DNA of 20,000 nucleotides from positions 52,465-72,464 of the forward strand of contig JAZKDQ010000009.1 of the NCBI GenBank assembly GCA_040387495.1, in the 5' to 3' direction. The DNA comes from Pseudomonadota bacterium. Its GTDB lineage: Bacteria; Pseudomonadota; Alphaproteobacteria; Paracaedibacterales; CAIOTO01. The stretch's first letter is position 1, and each line of letters starts with the position of its first letter. A program made the position numbers and the translations under genes. A model generated the notes under the pieces. It was not told the DNA's origin, did no database searches, and saw only the letters and a program-made list of their open reading frames with translations. Shown here piece after piece: positions 1 through 8,527 of this stretch.

Positions 1-710
1 AAGTTATGCATCAACATCAGCTTCAGCAGAATTTCTGGCTTGGGTTCAAGAATTGTAAAAGGGGAATCCACATCATCCGTTGTCGCTAATGCATCAACAA
101 ATGGTACCAATTGACGCACCTCGATCGGTTGGCTGATAATGCTTTTTAAGTGACCTGTAACAACATGCACGCTACTCACGCGCTCTACTTGCAATAAACC
201 TACGATTTCTTCAGCGATGCTGCCTATTTGGTTAAAATCTGGCGTTGCTTGCGCAAGGGTCATTGATGTTTTAAAGTCAAAAAACGTTGCATTAATCCTG
301 CGTGCTTCGCATTCACGTTGGAGTGTGGTTCTAATTTTACGTCCAATAGCCGCTATCAAAATGGGATTGCCATTCATGCTTTGTGCCATGCGATTCGCCA
401 ACGCTTTTACTTCACGTATGATTGATCCGTTATATCCACCGCAAAGGCCTCGATCGGCTGCAATGGCAAGGATAAATGGCACACCTTGATTGCTACCCGT
501 GAGCAAAACGGGAAGGGTGTCTAAATCCTGGAAATTTTGTAATGCATGATGTAACGTGCGCTTGAATCTATAGGCATATGCACGGCTATTTTCAAGGCGA
601 TCTTGTGCCTTGCGCAGCTTTACCGTGGCTACCATCTTCATAGCAGATGTGATCTTTTGCGTCGATTTTACCGATTTAATTCGAACACGAAGATCTTTTA
701 GTGTGGTCAT
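1..710 (-). CDS. atpG: ATP synthase F1 gamma subunit (3' part runs off the window)
   Basis: Not in the ORF track. Manual translation from the ATG at 710, which overlaps the atpA stop as ATGA, gives [36 protein letters not shown], the AtpG N-terminus. An [10 protein letters not shown] motif follows. Confidence 0.97.
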   Translation of the reverse strand, partial: MTTLKDLRVRIKSVKSTQKITSAMKMVATVKLRKAQDRLENSRAYAYRFKRTLHHALQNFQDLDTLPVLLTGSNQGVPFILAIAADRGLCGGYNGSIIREVKALANRMAQSMNGNPILIAAIGRKIRTTLQRECEARRINATFFDFKTSMTLAQATPDFNQIGSIAEEIVGLLQVERVSSVHVVTGHLKSIISQPIEVRQLVPFVDALATTDDVDSPFTILEPKPEILLKLMLMHN

Positions 711-2287
711 GCGCTGACGCCTTGTTCAGTAGTGCCATGTTCATGCAAAAAGCGTACGCAAAATTCCGTTAAATAGATGGATAGTTTTTCTTCTGTTTCC
801 ACCGAAACTTTAACGGTGGTTTCGATAGCGGCTACGACGTCGGGTAAGAAAACGTGGATTGATTTCAGCAGTTCCGTTTCGAATTTCGAAATAAGATTCA
901 CTGGGATTGTGTCTAAATAACCGCGTACACCCGCAAAGAGTGAGATAACTTCGTCGGTGCTTGATAACGGAGACTGGTTAGGTTGCTTGAGCAATTCGGT
1001 GAGTCGTTGACCGCGTTCTAACAATTGACGTGTGGAGCCATCAAGATCGCTTGCAAATTGCGAGAATGACGCCATTTCACGGTACTGAGCAAGTTCAAGT
1101 TTAATCGAGCCCGCGACTTGTTTCATGGCTTTTGTTTGCGCGGCAGATCCTACTCGGCTTACAGAAAGACCCACGTTAATAGCTGGACGAATACCTTTGT
1201 AAAACAGCTCGGCTTCAAGGAAAATCTGGCCGTCGGTGATCGAAATCACATTCGTTGGAATGTATGCTGATACGTCGCCTGCTTGTGTTTCAATAATGGG
1301 CAGCGCCGTGAGCGAGCCGCCGCCACACGCATCACTTAATTTTGCTGCACGTTCAAGCAAACGGGAGTGTAGGTAAAACACATCACCTGGGTAGGCTTCA
1401 CGTCCTGGTGGGCGACGAAGCAGAAGTGACATTTGACGATACGCAACCGCATGTTTCGACAAATCATCATAAATGATTAACGCATGCATGCCATTGTCAC
1501 GGAAATATTCACCCATGGCGCACGCGGTGTAGGGCGCTAAATATTGAAGGGGGGCAGGGTCAGAGGCTGTTGCTGCCACAACGATGGTATATTCCATGGC
1601 GCCTTCGTCTTGCAGCATTTTAACAAGACGCGCAACGGATGAACGCTTTTGCCCGATCGCCACGTAAATGCAGTACAGCATCTTAGATGGATCACCGGAT
1701 TGATTGATTTTCTTTTGATTGAGAATAGTATCAATGGCGATGGTTGTTTTACCCGTTTGGCGGTCACCAATGATAAGTTCGCGCTGACCGCGCCCAATGG
1801 GCACAAGAGCATCAACGGCTTTAATACCGGTAAGCATCGGTTCGTTCACAGATTTACGTTGAATAATGCCAGGGGCATCGCGTTCAACTTCGGCAAATGT
1901 GACATCCTTAAGCGCGCCTCGGTCATCGATTGGATTACCCAAACCGTCAACAACGCGACCTAAAAGACCCATGCCTACATTCACGTCAACCACTTTATTG
2001 GTCCGTTTGACAAGATCACCTTCTTGAATATCACGGTCATTACCAGCAATCACAACGCCGACATTATCTGTTTCAAGATTGGATGCAATACCGCGCACCA
2101 CAACACCTGTGCGGCTGGATACGATGTCGACCCATTCACCTGATTTTACATGATCAAGGCCATAGACACGCGCAATACCGTCGCCGACGGAAAGAACGCG
2201 ACCTGTTTCGGAAACTTCAGCATGTGCTTGAAAATCAATAATTTTTTCTTTAATGAGTGCAGAAATTTCTGAGGCACGTGCTTGCAT
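707..2287 (-). CDS. atpA: ATP synthase F1 alpha subunit
   Basis: GDRQTGKT P-loop, [25 protein letters not shown] and [13 protein letters not shown] motifs; 526 aa. Confidence 0.99.
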   Translation of the reverse strand: MQARASEISALIKEKIIDFQAHAEVSETGRVLSVGDGIARVYGLDHVKSGEWVDIVSSRTGVVVRGIASNLETDNVGVVIAGNDRDIQEGDLVKRTNKVVDVNVGMGLLGRVVDGLGNPIDDRGALKDVTFAEVERDAPGIIQRKSVNEPMLTGIKAVDALVPIGRGQRELIIGDRQTGKTTIAIDTILNQKKINQSGDPSKMLYCIYVAIGQKRSSVARLVKMLQDEGAMEYTIVVAATASDPAPLQYLAPYTACAMGEYFRDNGMHALIIYDDLSKHAVAYRQMSLLLRRPPGREAYPGDVFYLHSRLLERAAKLSDACGGGSLTALPIIETQAGDVSAYIPTNVISITDGQIFLEAELFYKGIRPAINVGLSVSRVGSAAQTKAMKQVAGSIKLELAQYREMASFSQFASDLDGSTRQLLERGQRLTELLKQPNQSPLSSTDEVISLFAGVRGYLDTIPVNLISKFETELLKSIHVFLPDVVAAIETTVKVSVETEEKLSIYLTEFCVRFLHEHGTTEQGVSA

Positions 2288-2359
2288 TAAGCGGATCCTT
2301 TAGTTTTTTGTTTTTATGACAAGATATACACATCCATTAGTAGCATATTAGAAACCGCC

Positions 2360-2388
2360 TTGCAAATCCGTCTTCTTCTTGTGACAAT
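2360..2388 (+). promoter_or_regulatory. putative sigma70 promoter of the LRR gene
   Basis: TTGCAA (2360-2365), N17, GACAAT (2383-2388), plus TATAAT at 2390-2395, upstream of the ATG at 2422. Confidence 0.45.
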
Positions 2389-2421
2389 ATATAATGTTTT
2401 AATAAGATTGAATGTTTTTAT

Positions 2422-3309
2422 ATGGATAAAATGAAATTGAAAAGAGCTTTTTTAATTGCAATAACAACATGCACTATTAGTGCCCCAATTTTTACTATGA
2501 CAGATACGGCAGTAAATGAAACAAACTCATTAGGACTACAAGCAGCACTAGTGGCTCATGAACACTCCTATATAGAATTACTTGATACTCTTGCGCTATC
2601 TAAGGAAGCCGTTATACCTAAACACATCATTGCAACCGAAGCTGAGCTTAGATGCAGAGCATACATTAACGCGATGCATGCTTTATTTACAACTTATCCA
2701 GATCACGAGTTAGTTGTGGATTTCGAGGCGGCTAAGAGGGTGAATGATTATTTTGGGTATTTGCCTAATGGGTATTTTCCTGATCATTACCCCATACTTC
2801 CTTCTTCCCTTCGTAACATCTCAATTGTGGGTGAAAACCTCACAATCGTCGGAGATGAGTTTCTTACGCGCACATGCCTGAGATCCGTCACGATATCAAA
2901 CGGCGTCACAACTATTAGAAATAATTTTCTCATGTATGGCAGCCTGAGATCCATCGCAATCCCAAACAGCGTCACAACGATTGGAGATCGTTTTCTCTGG
3001 AATTGTCCATTTGTGACCTCTGTCACGATACCAAACGGCGTCACAACCATTGGGACGTATTTCCTCCACAATTGCTCAGGCCTGACATCAGTCACGATCC
3101 CAGACAGCGTTACAACCATTGGGGATTTTTTCCTCACCTATTGCCTAAGTCTGACATCAGTCACGATCCCAAGAAGATTCCAGGACTCTGTCCGTCATCT
3201 TCCAAGTACGGTTCAGATTATTTTTAATAACGACATGGGAACGTTAGAAAATAATGACATAGGAACGTTAGAAATTGACAAAAACCTTGGCAGGAATGAC
3301 GCTATCTAA
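2422..3309 (+). CDS. secreted BspA/TpLRR-type (LRR_5) leucine-rich repeat protein
   Basis: N-terminal signal-like segment (MKLKRAFLIAITTCTISAPIF) and tandem 22-23 aa repeats LTSVTIPxxVTTIGxxFLxxC. Confidence 0.88.
   Translation: MDKMKLKRAFLIAITTCTISAPIFTMTDTAVNETNSLGLQAALVAHEHSYIELLDTLALSKEAVIPKHIIATEAELRCRAYINAMHALFTTYPDHELVVDFEAAKRVNDYFGYLPNGYFPDHYPILPSSLRNISIVGENLTIVGDEFLTRTCLRSVTISNGVTTIRNNFLMYGSLRSIAIPNSVTTIGDRFLWNCPFVTSVTIPNGVTTIGTYFLHNCSGLTSVTIPDSVTTIGDFFLTYCLSLTSVTIPRRFQDSVRHLPSTVQIIFNNDMGTLENNDIGTLEIDKNLGRNDAI
2878..3171 (+). repeat. 66-69 bp LRR-coding tandem repeats (about 4.3 units)
   Basis: Units start at 2878, 2944, 3013, 3082 and 3151. CTGACATCAGTCACGATCCCA is exact at 3082 and 3151. 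Confidence 0.9.
3226..3273 (+). repeat. 24-bp tandem duplication (NNDMGTLE/NNDIGTLE)
   Basis: AATAACGACATGGGAACGTTAGAA followed by AATAATGACATAGGAACGTTAGAA, 22/24 identical. Confidence 0.9.
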
Positions 3310-3881
3310 GCAGCGCCTTTAAGAGTAATCTCGCTCAGATTCTTCTGCAGCGTATCGATCTGTTTTTTAAGACTTGCGTCAACCCGCAAGTTCTCAGCCT
3401 GAATGACAACACCACCCAGCAAATCAGGAATTGATTCATATTCATAATCAATTCTCTTGCCAAACATGGAAAACACCTGTGCTTGAATTTTCTTTTTTTG
3501 CAACATCGTTGGCATAGTCGGCACTGAAATGCGCGCCATCATGCGGTTCTCGGCGTGATTATAACAGCTTTCAAATACATCAATAATTTCTTTAAAAATC
3601 GACAAACGTTGACGGCTATGCAGTATTTGATAGAAATGAACAAGATACTTTGGCCATTCTAATTTAGTTGCGATAGTCGCCAGAAAATCAGCAAATTCCT
3701 GTTCTTTGAAAAATGGCAGCGTCTTTTTGACATCCATATCTTGAAGACATGCACGATCAAACTCTTTTAGTTTTTCCAGTATTGAAAACGTTTCGTTTTG
3801 CTCGGAAGCAACCTCGAACAATGCGCGCGCGTATCGCCCTGGAATCGATGTTTGAAGACCTTTTAAAAGTGCTATATCCAT
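3306..3881 (-). CDS. atpH: ATP synthase F1 delta subunit
   Basis: RYARALFEVA at the N-terminus and PDLLGGVVIQ...VDASLKKQID at the C-terminus; lies upstream of atpA. Confidence 0.93.
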   Translation of the reverse strand: MDIALLKGLQTSIPGRYARALFEVASEQNETFSILEKLKEFDRACLQDMDVKKTLPFFKEQEFADFLATIATKLEWPKYLVHFYQILHSRQRLSIFKEIIDVFESCYNHAENRMMARISVPTMPTMLQKKKIQAQVFSMFGKRIDYEYESIPDLLGGVVIQAENLRVDASLKKQIDTLQKNLSEITLKGAA

Positions 3882-3894
3882 GATTTCTTTTGCT

Positions 3895-3910
3895 TTAACT
3901 GTTTGTTAAC
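3895..3910. promoter_or_regulatory. CtrA-box-like site upstream of atpH
   Basis: TTAA-ctgtttg-TTAAC, matching TTAA-N7-TTAAC. Confidence 0.35.
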
Positions 3911-4190
3911 ATCTTATCTTTATTAATAGCATATTTGAATGAATAGAGACAAGTCATACGGGATCATTACAGGTATGTTAAAAATTCTAGCCTACAATAT
4001 TCCATATATGACAACAATTATGAATAGTAATGCCCTTCACGTTATAAGCTATGGCATTCAATAAACCACATCACCTTGGATGCTCTCAGTAGCATTCAAT
4101 TTTAATAGCCCCCCCCCTAAATCACATTACGTCCCGGTGAAGCTATAGAAACTCTTGCTTAGAACGCCTAAAAAGACTTATGCAGAGAGT

Positions 4191-4391
4191 CTAATGAATT
4201 CTTTTTGAAAGTATAGATTGCGGATCAAAAAGGTCATTGATTTTTATGCCGGAATTCATTGAAAAATTTACAAGTGCAAAGTCAGCGGTTTCTTCTGGTA
4301 AGTCTGCATCCAATAAAAGCTGATGTGCCATTTTCTCTTGTGACATTAAGATGGCCAATTCGTTCTTGTTAATAAAGTTTGTAATGTTCAT
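4191..4391 (-). CDS. small hypothetical protein (66 aa) divergent from the luxR genes
   Basis: ATG preceded by a GAGAG RBS-like sequence; protein-like composition; no family recognised. Confidence 0.6.
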   Translation of the reverse strand: MNITNFINKNELAILMSQEKMAHQLLLDADLPEETADFALVNFSMNSGIKINDLFDPQSILSKRIH

Positions 4392-4703
4392 AACTGATCT
4401 CTCATATAATTTTTAATTTAGTTAGCTATTCCAATTTCATCAAAACTTAAATATTAAAAAAAATTTTAAGTAATAAATATTCTTATACATATTTTATTTG
4501 CTTATATCAACATATTTTTTTGCAATATACACTATTTTATTTTCCAAGTGTAATTAAATTGTATTTTGAAAGTTGGATGCATAAATGAAAGAATATTAGA
4601 AAAATCATGCAGTTTCAACTAATATTATTTTAGTTATTTTGAAATATATGTTATTTTTCATTTGCATTTAAAAATTGGAGATGCTAAATAGATTTTAGTT
4701 TAC

Positions 4704-5255
4704 ATGTGGTGGAACTATGTAGTGAATGTTTCTTGCAATTTTAAATACAATATTATATTAGATTCTTTGCGTAATGCAGATTCTATGAATAATTTAAATT
4801 CAACGTTCAAAAGTATTTGTGGATATTATGATATTGAAAAATTTGCCTTGAGTGAGCTTATTGGTATTAGAAATAAAAAGATGAATTTTAGCCTTTATTC
4901 AACCTACCCAGCTGAATGGACGCAGCATTATCAAAAAGAAAATTATCATCAGTTTGATCCCGTTTTCTTAAATATTGGGAAAATCCAGTTGCCATTTTTT
5001 TGGAATAGTAATTCTTTTAAGAAAATGAATTATCATCAAAAAAAGGTTTTCACTGAGGCATATGATTTTAATATAACGTATGGAACCACAATTCCATTGG
5101 CACCTGAGGGGAATCGGCACGCGTATCTTACTATCTTAAATGCAGAGGTTGCAAAAAGTTGGCCAATGATGAATAAATTAGCCCTTGCCGCAAATATGTA
5201 TTATTCGAGAAAGAGTTATTTTGAGTTCATAGAATTTAGGAAATTAATTAGTTAA
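4704..5255 (+). CDS. LuxR-family autoinducer-binding-domain-only protein (no HTH)
   Basis: YPAEWTQHY...YHQFDPV...PFFW...AYDFNITYGTTIP retains the W/Y/D/P/W/G AHL-pocket residues. It ends in TAA TAA before any HTH. The true start may be the GTG at 4722 (GGTGGA RBS). Confidence 0.9.
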   Translation: MWWNYVVNVSCNFKYNIILDSLRNADSMNNLNSTFKSICGYYDIEKFALSELIGIRNKKMNFSLYSTYPAEWTQHYQKENYHQFDPVFLNIGKIQLPFFWNSNSFKKMNYHQKKVFTEAYDFNITYGTTIPLAPEGNRHAYLTILNAEVAKSWPMMNKLALAANMYYSRKSYFEFIEFRKLIS

Positions 5256-5272
5256 TAATTTGGAGTTTTGCT

Positions 5273-5989
5273 TTGTTAATACTTTCGAAATATCAAATAA
5301 ATGGCCTATTGGAAGACATGTTTTGCGCAGACTCAGCGGATTCGTTGCAGTGTTCGTTGAAAAAATTATGTGGTGAATACTTTATTGATACTTTTGCGCT
5401 TGCTGCATTAACGGGACTTCGTAATGCAGAAGCTGCCTTTGATGTGTTTGATAATTACCCAATTGTATGGAAAAAACGATATATTGAGAAAAAGCATTAT
5501 TTAAACGATCCAGTTTTTTCCGATTTAAACAAAACAAACCTTCCTTTTTGCTGGAATGTTGAAAAATTTAAAGATATAACAAAAAACCAAGAAAAATTTC
5601 TTTATGAAGCACATGATTTTGGAGTAAATGTTGGAACAACCATTCCTTTATTGCCAGATGGAAAATTTAACGGCTTTATAACGTTACTTGGTGCAAATAT
5701 TCATCATCCGGAGCTCTTATATATATTTTCCCTGGCTGCTAATTTTTATCTAAAACAAAAGAAGCATTTTGATTTGCAACAGCAGTTCAAATCATTAACT
5801 AAACAAGAAATGAAAGTATTGTTACTAAAGGCAGATGGCCTCAGCGTTAAAATAATTTCTTCAGAATTGCACTTGTCAGATGCTACAGTTATTTTTCATT
5901 TAAAGAACCTAAGAAAGAAATTAAATTCAGTTACCACTGAGCAAGCTATTTTTAAATTTGGTTTAGCACGTGGAGATAATTTTTTGTAG
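5273..5989 (+). CDS. luxR: LuxR-family AHL-responsive transcriptional regulator
   Basis: YPIVWKKRY...DPV...PFCW...GTTIP ligand domain plus a LuxR HTH (LTKQEMKVLLLKADGLSVKIISSELHLSDATVIFHLKNLRKKL). TTG start with GGAG RBS. Confidence 0.95.
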   Translation: MLILSKYQINGLLEDMFCADSADSLQCSLKKLCGEYFIDTFALAALTGLRNAEAAFDVFDNYPIVWKKRYIEKKHYLNDPVFSDLNKTNLPFCWNVEKFKDITKNQEKFLYEAHDFGVNVGTTIPLLPDGKFNGFITLLGANIHHPELLYIFSLAANFYLKQKKHFDLQQQFKSLTKQEMKVLLLKADGLSVKIISSELHLSDATVIFHLKNLRKKLNSVTTEQAIFKFGLARGDNFL

Positions 5990-5994
5990 GTGTA

Positions 5995-6654
5995 TTAGGG
6001 AAGAGTCAGTGATGTGTGGAGCGAAGTATGAATGTTGAAATCATTCGCATTATTGCTTAGTTTGTTTATTTTCAGACTTTTTGCTATCTTATCGTAAACA
6101 TGGCTCATTGGCTGAAATGCCCAAACATCTATGTCCTCCTGATTAATCTTTGCGGAAGAAACTACATATGTAAGTAATCCATATTTCTTGCACAGTTTTG
6201 TTAAAGATGGATAAGTCAGTGTTAAGAAGCACTCTACTCTTTCAATAGTTAATCCAAAATCTATTAATCCAGCCATGATAGATTTTGCAACTTTTTGGTG
6301 CATATGCACCTTGTAGTCTTCGCTTGCACTAATATCCACAGAATATCGACTTAATTCCCAATATCCTGGCCGTTTAAATTCATCAAGGTTAGGCAGCGTA
6401 AATTTAAAGGGTCCATCAAACATACAATCATTGATCATTTCAACAAAGCGTATGCAACCACGAATAATTCCGTTGTCATCTTTGTATATTAAATAATACA
6501 TATTTTTTTCGTCATATTGATCACGTTCCATCCCGTTTTCAACAGAAACATCCCATTTAAGACTTTCATAAAAAACACGATAACGTAGACGATACATACT
6601 ATCAAGGTCTTGCCGATAGAGATCATATTCTCCTGGTTGAATCAGATACAACAT
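5995..6654 (-). CDS. luxI: acyl-homoserine-lactone synthase (LuxI family)
   Basis: MYRLRYRVF...LKW...GMERDQYD...GCIRF...WELSRY motifs. AAGGGAAG RBS. Convergent with luxR, 5-bp gap. Confidence 0.96.
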   Translation of the reverse strand: MLYLIQPGEYDLYRQDLDSMYRLRYRVFYESLKWDVSVENGMERDQYDEKNMYYLIYKDDNGIIRGCIRFVEMINDCMFDGPFKFTLPNLDEFKRPGYWELSRYSVDISASEDYKVHMHQKVAKSIMAGLIDFGLTIERVECFLTLTYPSLTKLCKKYGLLTYVVSSAKINQEDIDVWAFQPMSHVYDKIAKSLKINKLSNNANDFNIHTSLHTSLTLP

Positions 6655-6758
6655 ATTAGCTTCCCTTAATTATATGTACTTCAATATTTTATATAGTTCG
6701 AAATAAATATATTTCAATGCCTATTCAATATTAATATCGAATAAATTAAATTATAAAT

Positions 6759-6778
6759 AGCTATCAAATATGATAGGT
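6759..6778 (-). promoter_or_regulatory. lux-box-like palindrome 1 (luxI promoter)
   Basis: Minus strand reads ACCTATCATATTTGATAGCT, a 20-bp imperfect palindrome about 105 bp upstream of luxI. Confidence 0.75.
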
Positions 6779-6911
6779 TAATACAAAATTTATTATGTTG
6801 ATGTATAATTCACTTTTTCTTAATGATAAATGTTAATATTTTGTAATTTAATAATTACAATTTACAATGATGATATTTAAAATATTCTTATAAAAGGAGT
6901 TTTAGTCAAAA

Positions 6912-6931
6912 ACCTATTATATTTGATAGGT
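6912..6931 (+). promoter_or_regulatory. lux-box-like palindrome 2 (divergent promoter)
   Basis: ACCTATTATATTTGATAGGT, 18/20 identical to box 1 in inverted orientation. It abuts TTGTTC-N17-TAGAAA (6931-6959). Confidence 0.75.
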
Positions 6932-6992
6932 TGTTCATGATCAGAAAAGAGTGTAGAAATCCTTTATCAACCAATCAGAAAAAGATATTTTT

Positions 6993-7211
6993 GTGTCAGA
7001 AAAAAACAAAAATTCAACTTACAAAGCAACAAGCACGCAAACATCAAGAGATAGTGCTCAGGAGTCCTTATTTTCGACTCTTAGTTTTTTAAATACATTA
7101 CTAATAAAAAAATTAATTAAAAACGAATCATTTTCTGGGTGTTGTATTGATTTAACACGCATAGAACATTTTGCGTGTTCGAGGAATTTAATCGAAAAGC
7201 TATTTTTATAA
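6993..7211 (+). CDS. possible small hypothetical protein (72 aa) directly downstream of lux box 2
   Basis: GTG-start ORF just after the predicted promoter; weak RBS; no family recognised. Confidence 0.3.
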   Translation: MSEKNKNSTYKATSTQTSRDSAQESLFSTLSFLNTLLIKKLIKNESFSGCCIDLTRIEHFACSRNLIEKLFL

Positions 7212-7302
7212 GATAAATATTAAAACTAACGAGCATCATGCTTATTGTCTTTTGAAATATTAGCATGTGAATTTCTTTTAGAAGGTTTTTGAAATAGTTT
7301 TT

Positions 7303-8450
7303 ATGGGATGCAAAAAAATGGCAACGATCGCAAACAATGAAATTAAAATGAATAAAGAAGAACGTTTGTTGGCAAGTGTCATAATGCACGCGCCCACGCC
7401 GGTTGCCTTGTTTGATACACACATGCGTTGTTTGAATGTGAGCAGCGTATGGGCTAAAGAATTAGGATTTGGTGCAGATGTAGAATTTATAGGCAAATCA
7501 CACCATGATGTTTTTCCTAAGCAACTAATCCAGCACCAAGACATATATGCAGAATGTTTAAAAGGAAGTCCTTACAGAGGAAGAAAAAAATACATTGTAC
7601 CTATAAATGATAAACACATTTTGTTGGCAATGAGCATTACTCCATGGAAAAATGCCGATGACTCAGTTGGGGGGCTTATTGTATATGTAAATGAGTTATC
7701 CGAAAGAAATGAGTCAACTGTTCATATTAATGAAATGATAAATAATTTGAAGCGCTCAAATGTAGAACTAGAATGTTTTGCATATGTTTGCTCACACGAC
7801 TTAAAAGAGCCTCTACGAAATATATCGTGTTTTATACAACTTTTACTGAAACATAATTCAGCTTGTTTTGATGAAATATCGATTAATTACATTGGGCATG
7901 TTTTAAAAGGTGTTGACCGTATGTGCTCATTGATTAAAAACATTCTTTTATATTCACGTGTATCTACACAAAATATAATTACGGTATTGTTGATATAAAT
8001 AGTGTTTTAGATGACGTGAAAAAGAATTTAATGTTTAAATTACAAGAAGCAAAAGCAGAAATTCATATTGCTGAAATGCCGAATATCATAGGGAACACGA
8101 CTCAAATCAATCAACTTTTTGCAAATTTAATTGATAACGCAATCAAGTATAAATCAGATCAGCCTTTAATTATTGATATTTCTGCTAGAGATACAGGATC
8201 ATTGTGGGAAATAAGTATCAAAGATAATGGAATTGGTATTGCAGAAGAACATCAGTCAAATGTTTTTAACATGTTTAAACAACTGGATAGCAGAACTCAT
8301 TGTGATAGTTCTGGCGTAGGTCTTGCCATATGTAAGAAAATTGTGAAGGCTCATGATGGAGATATCTTTGTCCGATCAAATTCTGCCGGAGGTTGTGATT
8401 TTGTATTCACTTTGCCAAAAATAAGTAAAATGAAAAATGCAGCAACGTGA
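7303..8450 (+). pseudogene. PAS-domain sensor histidine kinase split by a 1-nt frameshift (pseudogene or sequencing error)
   Basis: ORF 7303-7998 carries a PAS domain (HAPTPVALFDTHMR...IGKSHHDVFP) and the H-box FAYVCSHDLKEPLR. ORF 8016-8450 carries N, G1, F and G2 boxes (NLIDNAIKY, DNGIGI, VFNMF, GVGLAICKKIV). The second frame is open from 7938. Confidence 0.88.
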
Positions 8451-8527
8451 ATGTATTTTTTTGTTAATCAAAATTTAGCAAGTTTAATGACATAATAAAC
8501 CATGTAATAAATTCATACATGTATTAA

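Noticed and set aside
217..489. 90-aa plus-strand ORF
   Set aside because: Antisense shadow of atpG.
1537..1963. ORFs 1537-1815 and 1649-1963
   Set aside because: Alternative frames within atpA.
2787..3227. Repetitive ORFs 2787-3137 and 3003-3227, and a possible CRISPR reading of the repeats
   Set aside because: They are shadows of in-frame LRR repeats. The units are codon-multiples with synonymous variation, and no cas genes are present.
4109..4117. C9 homopolymer as a phase-variation tract or island boundary
   Set aside because: It is intergenic, not in a recognisable promoter or ORF, and I found no matching att repeat or integrase.
4617..4635. AACTAATATTATTTTAGTT as a third lux box upstream of the luxR genes
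   Set aside because: It is 19 bp (wrong spacing), nearly all AT, and a poor match to the two boxes.
7117..7544. Minus-strand ORFs 7117-7422 and 7278-7544
   Set aside because: They overlap the kinase on the antisense strand and show no motifs.
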